NCBI GenBank assembly: GCA_903916665.1
Contig: CAIWXP010000075.1
Location: 1-5,967, forward strand
DNA from: Candidatus Iainarchaeum sp.
GTDB taxonomy: Archaea; Iainarchaeota; Iainarchaeia; Iainarchaeales; 0-14-0-20-30-16
Reading direction: 5' to 3'
Length of the DNA stretch: 5,967 nt
Shown here: in pieces, positions 1 through 4,847 of the stretch
Layout of the letters: every line of letters starts with the position of its first letter
Position numbering within the stretch: the stretch's first letter is position 1
Notes under the pieces: generated by a model
The model's input: the letters and a program-made list of their open reading frames with translations, nothing else
Told to the model about the DNA's origin: nothing
The model's database searches: none
Translations under genes and position numbers: made by a program

Positions 1-24
1 AATTGTGTAGCTTTTTTAAGAAGA

Positions 25-1434
25 ATGTCTTCATGGCAAGAATATAACACAAAATTTAAATTAGATCTTGAGAAACCAATGTTTAATAAAGATTTTAATG
101 CTGATGTTAAATTGGTTTGTGTTAAATTATATACAAATAAAGGAGGAGAATTAGCAGGTTTATTAAAACAAGATACAACTGCAAATCCTAATCCAGTAGT
201 ATTAGTTGCAAAAGCACCAAAAAAACAAACTCCAAAAGCAGTTGTTGCAAAACCAGTACCAATGACAGCAGATCAAAAACTTGCAAAGGTTAATGAATAT
301 TTTAAAAGTGATTTAGACTCACAATATTTGGATAATGGTTTAAAACAATTAGCAAGTTATGAAAATTATAGAAAAGATATTAAATTTTTATCTTTAAATC
401 CGGATTTAAATGTAGATACTTATAAAACAATAGTAGATGAGGAAAATCAATCTAAAGCATTATTATTAATTGCTCAAAGACAGTTAGCAAAAGAAGATTT
501 ATTAAGTAATTCTTCTAAACTTACTGATTCATTATTTGATTATCATCTAGGATTATTAAGTTCAGATACAAGAAAAGTGTTAATTAGAAATGTTGTTGGT
601 GATCAAACTCTTGTTAAATATTTTGATGCAAAAGATAAAGAAATTGTTGCACAAGACAATGGAACTATTGATGAGACGGATGATTCTGCCACAGATATAC
701 CTGCGCCACAAGCAGCAGCAACAGCAGCAGTTGCAGATGCTGGAACAACAGTAAAAACCTGTCCTGCAAATTTTGATATAACTGCTTTACAAACCCTTAC
801 TATTTTAGGAACAAAAACAGGTTCAGAATTAGGGGTATTTGCAACTTGTAAAGATTGTAAATATATAAATTTAAGTAAAGCACCTAATATGTGTGTATAT
901 AAGTCAACTGGTGAGTTAGTAGCAATAAATGATACAGAAAAAGCACAAGCTATTGCAGCATATGGTGCATCAAATAATGGAACAGCAGTTGCAACACAAG
1001 GTGCAATAATTCCTGGAACAATATCTACACCAGTAGATACAACTGGTTCAACAGCAAAAGTAACATTAAGTTTGACTTCTGATGAATTAACATATTTAAA
1101 TCTAGGTCCTGGGAAAGTTGGAACTTCAACAACAGTTATACGTAATGGTAGAGTTATAGATTGTTCTAAATATATGGTTGCTTGTCAGAAAGTAGTTGCA
1201 TTACAAAATAAACAAGCAAAACAAGCTAATGATTTTGCAATACAATATTGTAAAGAAAATAAAGACTTATTAATATCTGTATGTATGGCAAGTGGCAGAG
1301 GAGAATATACATTTAAATATGGTGTAAGAGATAAAGCAGAATTTGATGTTTTGGCACAACCGATATATGCATATATGGATCAAAATCCTAATGGTTCAAT
1401 GACTGCTGATATACCTACTAATATTGTTAGTTAA
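25..1434 (+). CDS. Hypothetical protein with an Ala/Thr-rich linker and a Cys-rich C-terminal half; possibly 5'-truncated by the window edge
   Basis: A 469-codon ORF ends with TAA at 1432-1434. The frame has no stop between position 1 and ATG25 (NCVAFLRR-M...), so the true start may lie upstream of the window. Unlike other genes here, no GTGAT SD-like motif precedes ATG25. Eight of the 9 Cys lie between aa 246 and about aa 425, after a linker PAPQAAATAAVADAGTT. I recognise no family motif. Confidence 0.7.
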   Translation: MSSWQEYNTKFKLDLEKPMFNKDFNADVKLVCVKLYTNKGGELAGLLKQDTTANPNPVVLVAKAPKKQTPKAVVAKPVPMTADQKLAKVNEYFKSDLDSQYLDNGLKQLASYENYRKDIKFLSLNPDLNVDTYKTIVDEENQSKALLLIAQRQLAKEDLLSNSSKLTDSLFDYHLGLLSSDTRKVLIRNVVGDQTLVKYFDAKDKEIVAQDNGTIDETDDSATDIPAPQAAATAAVADAGTTVKTCPANFDITALQTLTILGTKTGSELGVFATCKDCKYINLSKAPNMCVYKSTGELVAINDTEKAQAIAAYGASNNGTAVATQGAIIPGTISTPVDTTGSTAKVTLSLTSDELTYLNLGPGKVGTSTTVIRNGRVIDCSKYMVACQKVVALQNKQAKQANDFAIQYCKENKDLLISVCMASGRGEYTFKYGVRDKAEFDVLAQPIYAYMDQNPNGSMTADIPTNIVS

Positions 1435-1439
1435 ATATT

Positions 1440-1480
1440 AAAAAAAGAAATAAGAACTTTTAGTTCTTATTTTGTTTCTT
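1440..1480. terminator. Bidirectional hairpin terminator between convergent genes
   Basis: A 10-bp stem (1448-1457 AAATAAGAAC / 1463-1472 GTTCTTATTT) has a 5-nt loop. An A7 run (1440-1446) precedes it, giving T7 on the minus strand. T-rich sequence follows it on the plus strand. It sits exactly between the stop at 1434 (+) and the stop at 1481 (-). Confidence 0.5.
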
Positions 1481-1954
1481 TTATTTTTTGTGTTTTCTAA
1501 TTTTTTCTATTTTTATTATGTTTTTTAATATTGATCCTTCGTAAGGATTTTTATATCTTACAAAGAATCTTCCTGCTTGAACATCTAATTTTTCAATAAC
1601 AAATAAATTAGGTTTTTCAGTAATTGTTAATTCAATGGTTTGGCCTTCTTGAAATTCATATACATTTTCATCATCCAAATCATCCAGTGTTAATTCAATC
1701 AATGGCGCGTTTGTTTTTAGTGCTTGTTTTAAAATAATAATATCATTAACTTTTTTGCCTTTTAATTGTTTTTCTAATTCTTTGTTAATAATAGTTTTAC
1801 CGTATTGTAAAACTAAAGGTTGTTCTTCTGTAGAGCAATCAACAACATTATCTTTTTCATCAACTAACATATAACTTAAAGTTACAATATCGTTTTTTTC
1901 AATACCTTTTTCATTTGTAATTTTTGGCACTATTTTATTTTTAGTTGCAGGCAT
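1481..1954 (-). CDS. Divergent FKBP-type peptidyl-prolyl isomerase / SlyD-like chaperone with an insert-in-flap region
   Basis: The 157-aa ORF aligns by eye to archaeal short FKBPs and SlyD. IEKNDIVTLSYMLVDEKDNVVDCS matches the (K)GD.V.v.Y....dG.v.D.S pattern. EFQEGQ matches the IF-domain EPQEGM. VRYKNPYEGSILKNIIKIEKI matches vDfNHpLAGk.L.F.v.v..v. Several catalytic-pocket residues appear substituted. GTGAT lies 3 nt upstream of the ATG and 10 nt after the lysS stop, which suggests an operon. Confidence 0.6.
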   Translation of the reverse strand: MPATKNKIVPKITNEKGIEKNDIVTLSYMLVDEKDNVVDCSTEEQPLVLQYGKTIINKELEKQLKGKKVNDIIILKQALKTNAPLIELTLDDLDDENVYEFQEGQTIELTITEKPNLFVIEKLDVQAGRFFVRYKNPYEGSILKNIIKIEKIRKHKK

Positions 1955-1964
1955 AGAATCACTT

Positions 1965-4100
1965 TTAAAAATTTAATTTATCTTTTATTTCTGCAATTGC
2001 ATCAATTGCCAATTGCATAAATTGATCTAATGGAATGCCAATTAATTCACATTCTTTAATTGCATTTCTATCAATCTTTGCTGCGAATTTTCCATCTTTA
2101 AATTTTTCCATTAATCCTTTTGCTTTCATACCATCAAATGATTTTCTCATTAAATAATATGAATGTATTAAGCCAGTTATTGTTTCAGAACAAGCAAGCG
2201 CATACTCAATTTTTTTAGTTCTTTTTTTATCTTTTAAATCTGCACAATCATAGCCGTAACCATGAGATAATATTACTGAAATAAACTCATCATTCAAGTT
2301 CAATTCTTTTAATAGTTTAGGTGCTAATGTTAGGTGTTTTGTTGAATCGCTTTTTGTTTCGCCCCAATCAATATCGTGTAATAAACCTAACATTCCGTAG
2401 TATTCTTCATCTTCATTTAACTTTTTTGCAACAGCTTTCATTACTGCTTCTGATTCTAAATAATGATTTAAATCATATTTCTCAGAATTGTGTTTTAAAA
2501 TAAATTCCCATGCCTTTTCTCTAGTTATTGGTAAAGCTTTTTTCTCGGATTTTTTTTCTGTTTTGTTTTTTGGCTCTACCTCTTTCTTTAGGCTAGGATC
2601 TAAAGTTTCAAATAAAACCTGCAATGTTCCTTTGTCAGGTCTTAATAATGGGAATGCTAGAATATCTCTTATACTATGAGAATCGGTGATTAGCATGGCC
2701 AATCTATCTATTCCTATACCTAATCCACCTGTTGGAGGTAAACCAGTCTCTAGTGCTTCAACAAAGTCGTAGTCCATATCATTTGCTTCTTCATCTCCAA
2801 GTTCTTTTAGTTCAACTTGTTTTTTCAATCTATTATATTGATCAAATGGATCATTTAATTCAGAGAATGCGTTTGCAATTTCCCAGGTATTAATAAACAA
2901 TTCAAATCTTTGAGTATATCTTTGATCCTTGTAATTTATTTTTGCCAAAGGAGATATTTCAATTGGATGTTGCGTAACAAAAGTAGGTTGTATTAAATCG
3001 TGTTCAACATGTTTTTCAAATAACAAAGATAAAATTTTTCCTTTGCTAGAATCAAATTCAATTTCAATAGCTTCTTTTTTTGCAATGTCCAAAGCTTCTT
3101 GTTCAGAAATTTTATTGAAATCGTAGCCTGTTTTATCTTTTACACTTTGATACATTGAAATTCTTTTCCAAGGTCTTTTCAAACTGATTTCTTTTCCTTC
3201 ATAAACTAAAGTTTCTTTACCAGTTGTTTGTTTGAATGCTTCGGTAATAATTTCTTCTGTTAGATTCATTATATCTTCGTAATCTGCGTAGGCCCAATAT
3301 AATTCCATCATTGTGAATTCAGGATTGTGTTTGAAATCAATTCCTTCGTTTCTAAAATTTCTTCCTATTTCATAGACTTTTTCAAAGCCACCAACAATCA
3401 ATCTTTTCAAATAACATTCTGGTGCAATTCTTAAAAACATATCAATGTCCAAAGCATTGTGGTGTGTTACAAATGGTTTTGCACTTGCCCCACTTAATAG
3501 GCTATGTAAAACGGGAGTTTCAACTTCTAAAAATCCCTTTGATGCTAAATGTTTTCTTATGTTTTCTATCATTTTAAATTTTGCAAATAATTTATCTCTA
3601 ACTGTTTTATCAATTGCTAAATCTATGTATCTTTTTCTATATTTTATTTCTGCATCTTCTAAACCGTGCCATTTATCTGGTAAAGGCATAATATTTTTTG
3701 ATAAAATTAAAAAGTCTTGAGTATTAATACTTAATTCACCAGAATTAGTTTTTGTTATTGTTCCTGTTACTCCAATAAAATCTCCAATTCCTAAGTATTT
3801 ATAATCATCAAAATGATTTGTTTTATCTCCTCTTAAAATAACTTGAATTTTTCCAGTTTCATCGCTCAAATCTAAAAAGTATAATTTGCCGTGGCCTCTT
3901 ATGCTTAATACTCGCCCAGCAGTTTTAACAGTTTCTTTTGATTCTGTATCTTGGGCTATTGAGTTATATTTAGTTCTTAATTGTTCAGTGCTAAATTGTT
4001 TATCAAATTTTTCTATTTCGTAGGGATTATATCTTTCCTTTTGTAAAGCTTCTAATTTTTTGATCTTTTCGTTTCTAATTTCTTCCAATCTACTAGCCAT
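1965..4100 (-). CDS. lysS: Lysyl-tRNA synthetase, class II, fused to a C-terminal HD-superfamily (COG2316-like) hydrolase domain
   Basis: This is a 711-aa ORF. Residues 1-488 (nt 2637-4100) carry class II LysRS signatures: KYRKRYIDL, FLEVETPVL, SAKPFVTHHNALDIDMFLRIAPECYLKRLIVGGFEKVYEIGRNFRNEGIDFKHNPEFTMMELYWAYADY, and GGLGIGIDRLAMLITDSHSIRDILAFPLLRP. Residues 489-523 form a Lys/Glu-rich linker with no Met. Residues 524-711 (nt 1968-2531) carry H546, LLHDID (H575 D576), SHGYGYD and a C-terminal helical region, like stand-alone ~190-aa HD hydrolases. GTGAT lies 3 nt upstream of the ATG at 4098-4100. Confidence 0.95.
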   Translation of the reverse strand: MASRLEEIRNEKIKKLEALQKERYNPYEIEKFDKQFSTEQLRTKYNSIAQDTESKETVKTAGRVLSIRGHGKLYFLDLSDETGKIQVILRGDKTNHFDDYKYLGIGDFIGVTGTITKTNSGELSINTQDFLILSKNIMPLPDKWHGLEDAEIKYRKRYIDLAIDKTVRDKLFAKFKMIENIRKHLASKGFLEVETPVLHSLLSGASAKPFVTHHNALDIDMFLRIAPECYLKRLIVGGFEKVYEIGRNFRNEGIDFKHNPEFTMMELYWAYADYEDIMNLTEEIITEAFKQTTGKETLVYEGKEISLKRPWKRISMYQSVKDKTGYDFNKISEQEALDIAKKEAIEIEFDSSKGKILSLLFEKHVEHDLIQPTFVTQHPIEISPLAKINYKDQRYTQRFELFINTWEIANAFSELNDPFDQYNRLKKQVELKELGDEEANDMDYDFVEALETGLPPTGGLGIGIDRLAMLITDSHSIRDILAFPLLRPDKGTLQVLFETLDPSLKKEVEPKNKTEKKSEKKALPITREKAWEFILKHNSEKYDLNHYLESEAVMKAVAKKLNEDEEYYGMLGLLHDIDWGETKSDSTKHLTLAPKLLKELNLNDEFISVILSHGYGYDCADLKDKKRTKKIEYALACSETITGLIHSYYLMRKSFDGMKAKGLMEKFKDGKFAAKIDRNAIKECELIGIPLDQFMQLAIDAIAEIKDKLNF

Positions 4101-4111
4101 TAAATCACGCT

Positions 4112-4156
4112 CTTATATTCAAAAATAAGTATGTACAATATATATTATATATTTAG
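4112..4156 (-). promoter_or_regulatory. Candidate archaeal TATA/BRE region for the lysS operon
   Basis: The minus strand reads ...TAAATATATAATATATATT...CTTATTTTTGAATATAAGAGCGTGATTTAATG. Several TATA-like octamers lie 15-55 nt upstream of the start. The exact box cannot be chosen by eye. Confidence 0.3.
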
Positions 4157-4165
4157 ACGGTAATC

Positions 4166-4173
4166 TTTAAAAA
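4166..4173 (+). promoter_or_regulatory. Candidate TATA box for the C/D box sRNA
   Basis: TTTAAAAA is centred about 26 nt upstream of position ~4195, the predicted sRNA 5' end. A second TATA-like TTTATATA (4177-4184) lies too close to serve that start. Confidence 0.4.
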
Positions 4174-4194
4174 GGCTTTATATAGTATTATATT

Positions 4195-4252
4195 AGCGAT
4201 GATGATGTTAACCCCTGCTGATTTATGATGATTGATAGGCGGGCTGAGCTCT
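4195..4252 (+). ncRNA. Archaeal C/D box sRNA (2'-O-methylation guide), double guide
   Basis: The layout is canonical. C box ATGATGA is at 4199-4205, followed by a 12-nt spacer TGTTAACCCCTG (4206-4217). D' box CTGA is at 4218-4221, followed by a 3-nt loop TTT. C' box ATGATGA is at 4225-4231, followed by a 12-nt spacer TTGATAGGCGGG (4232-4243). D box CTGA is at 4244-4247. A short terminal pairing AGC (4195-4197) / GCT (4248-4250) closes it. The region is a local GC island in AT-rich DNA and is followed by a T-rich tract. Confidence 0.8.
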
Positions 4253-4311
4253 ATATTTTCTTTCTTTTCAAAAAGAAAGAAACTTTAAGTTCATTAAAGA
4301 AAGAAAATACC
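4251..4311 (+). repeat. 3'-flank module, copy 1: CTATA, a pyrimidine tract, and two complementary purine tracts (probable terminator or processing element)
   Basis: It starts 3 nt after the sRNA D box. The pyrimidine tract 4254-4268 (TATTTTCTTTCTTTT) can pair with 4271-4282 (AAAAGAAAGAAA, 12 bp) or with 4296-4309 (AAAGAAAGAAAATA, 14 bp). TAAGTTC lies between the purine tracts at 4286-4292. Confidence 0.6.
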
Positions 4312-4384
4312 TGATTGCCTAAAGGCTATGCTATAAGCAATATATCAGGATGTTAGGGGTTAAAGAAATTATATTTATTGCGAA

Positions 4385-4441
4385 GCGTTTCTTTTGAAAT
4401 TGTTAAAAAGCTTTCTTTTTTTAAAGAAAGATTGTTAACGC
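4385..4441 (+). repeat. Related hairpin module with opposite polarity (two pyrimidine tracts and one purine tract)
   Basis: The hairpin is CTTTCTTT (4411-4418) / AAAGAAAG (4423-4430) with a TTTT loop. A second complementary pyrimidine tract, TTTCTTT, lies at 4388-4394. The direct repeat ATTGTTAA flanks the hairpin at 4399-4406 and 4431-4438. The outer closing pair is GCGTT 4385-4389 / AACGC 4437-4441. Confidence 0.5.
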
Positions 4442-4455
4442 TTTTGGCAAACAAT

Positions 4456-4472
4456 GCCTTTTTTAAAAAGGC
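4456..4472 (+). other. Hairpin abutting the 5' end of tRNA-Ser
   Basis: GCCTTTTTTAAAAAGGC is a near-perfect palindrome (GCCTTT/AAAGGC plus A-T pairs). It ends 2 nt before tRNA position 1. Confidence 0.5.
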
Positions 4473-4474
4473 TT

Positions 4475-4558
4475 GCAGGGATGGCAGAGTGGTCTAATGC
4501 GCTCGCCTTGAGAGCGAGTATCCGTAAGGATGCAAGGGTTCAAATCCCTTTTCCTGCG
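4475..4558 (+). tRNA. tRNA-Ser (anticodon UGA), type II with a long variable arm; no encoded CCA
   Basis: The acceptor stem is GCAGGGA / TTCCTGC (one G-U pair) with discriminator G4558. The D stem is GCA/TGC. The anticodon stem is CTCGC/GCGAG with loop CTTGAGA, placing anticodon TGA at 4509-4511. The variable arm is TCC-GTAA-GGA. The T arm is AAGGG-TTCAAAT-CCCTT. Confidence 0.95.
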
Positions 4559-4561
4559 TTT

Positions 4562-4612
4562 CTATACTTTTCTTTTGTAAAAGAAAAGCCTAAGTTCGTC
4601 AAAAGAAAACCC
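4562..4612 (+). repeat. 3'-flank module, copy 2: CTATA, a pyrimidine tract, and two complementary purine tracts
   Basis: It starts 3 nt after the tRNA-Ser discriminator. CTTTTCTTTT (4567-4576) can pair with AAAAGAAAAG (4579-4588, 10 bp) or with AAAAGAAAA (4601-4609, 9 bp). TAAGTTC lies between the purine tracts at 4591-4597. The order and spacing logic match copy 1. Confidence 0.6.
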
Positions 4613-4703
4613 GTAGCATAAAGCCACTATTAAGAAAGATAATTGGTATAAAAAGGTTAAAATGCCTTTTTTCAAACCTAAGAATTTTTAAAGCCATTAG
4701 TTG

Positions 4704-4713
4704 CTTATATATA
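4704..4713 (+). promoter_or_regulatory. Candidate TATA box for the tRNA-Pro transcription unit
   Basis: CTTATATATA predicts a start near 4735, giving a ~38-nt structured leader before tRNA-Pro. Confidence 0.35.
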
Positions 4714-4736
4714 ATATCTAATATAATATTAGATAT
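4714..4736. promoter_or_regulatory. Perfect 23-bp palindrome (candidate operator)
   Basis: ATATCTAATAT-A-ATATTAGATAT has 11-bp arms with no mismatch. It lies immediately downstream of the TATA-like box and spans the predicted start site. Confidence 0.45.
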
Positions 4737-4755
4737 CTATTGTGAAGCAATAGAT
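4735..4755 (+). other. Leader hairpin upstream of tRNA-Pro
   Basis: ATCTATTG (4735-4742) pairs with CAATAGAT (4748-4755) as a perfect 8-bp stem with loop TGAAG. It overlaps the right edge of the palindrome by 2 nt. Confidence 0.5.
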
Positions 4756-4772
4756 TCGTTTTAGCATGCAAA

Positions 4773-4847
4773 GGGGCCGTGGTGTAGTCTGGTCTAGCAT
4801 TTAAGCTTTGGGAGCTTACGACCCCGGTTCAAATCCGGGCGGCCTCA
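4773..4847 (+). tRNA. tRNA-Pro (anticodon UGG), archaeal-type; no encoded CCA
   Basis: The acceptor stem is GGGGCCG / CGGCCTC (one G-U pair) with discriminator A4847. The anticodon stem is TAAGC/GCTTA with loop TTTGGGA, placing anticodon TGG at 4809-4811. The T arm is CCCGG-TTCAAAT-CCGGG. The G1-C72 start and overall sequence resemble archaeal tRNA-Pro rather than bacterial (C1-G72). Confidence 0.95.

Noticed and set aside
669-1085. TGATGA motifs inside ORF1 (669-674 and 1080-1085) as C boxes
   Set aside because: Neither has CTGA at the 12-nt spacing (TGCC and AAAT follow instead). There is no second box pair, and both lie in a coding frame.
2321-2679. Plus-strand ORFs 2321-2503 (60 aa) and 2488-2679 (63 aa)
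   Set aside because: Both lie entirely antisense to the well-supported lysS-HD coding region. Their products are Leu/Phe/Ser-rich and low in complexity, as expected from the reverse frame of an AT-rich gene. They have no start-site signals.
3445-3720. Plus-strand ORF of 91 aa
   Set aside because: It is antisense to the conserved catalytic core of LysRS. Its composition is typical of a shadow ORF, and it has no SD-like motif or promoter.
4206-4243. Assigning the sRNA guides to the 16S rRNA helix 34/35 region
   Set aside because: The predicted targets are CAGGGGUUAACA and CCCGCCUAUCAA. They share GGGUUAA and CCCGC, with the same 2-nt gap, with the conserved GGGUUAAGUCCCGCAACGAG segment. The remaining positions, including the universally conserved GCAACGAG, do not match. 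Without the host rRNA sequence this is not a supportable target call.
4310-4349. A small structured RNA formed by CCTGAT...ATCAGG enclosing GCC-TAAA-GGC and TGC-TATAA-GCA mini-hairpins
   Set aside because: The stems are only 3-6 bp, and several mutually exclusive pairings exist. Such hairpins are expected by chance in AT-rich DNA. I keep it only as part of the long-range pairing finding, not as a separate RNA gene.
4344-4363. A second C/D box sRNA on the minus strand (reverse complement reads TTAACCCCTAACATCCTGAT, with a CTGA)
   Set aside because: No RTGATGA C or C' box (TCATCA on the plus strand) exists within 100 nt on that strand. The CTGA alone is not informative.
4251-4612. CRISPR array as an explanation for the repeated hairpin units
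   Set aside because: There are only 2-3 units, of unequal length and sequence. They are separated by functional RNA genes rather than uniform spacers. The units are homopurine/homopyrimidine hairpins, unlike CRISPR repeats.
4475-4847. Split, permuted or intron-containing tRNA genes (known in some small archaeal genomes)
   Set aside because: Both tRNAs fold as complete colinear cloverleaves with intact 7-nt anticodon loops. No bulge-helix-bulge insert or missing half is needed.
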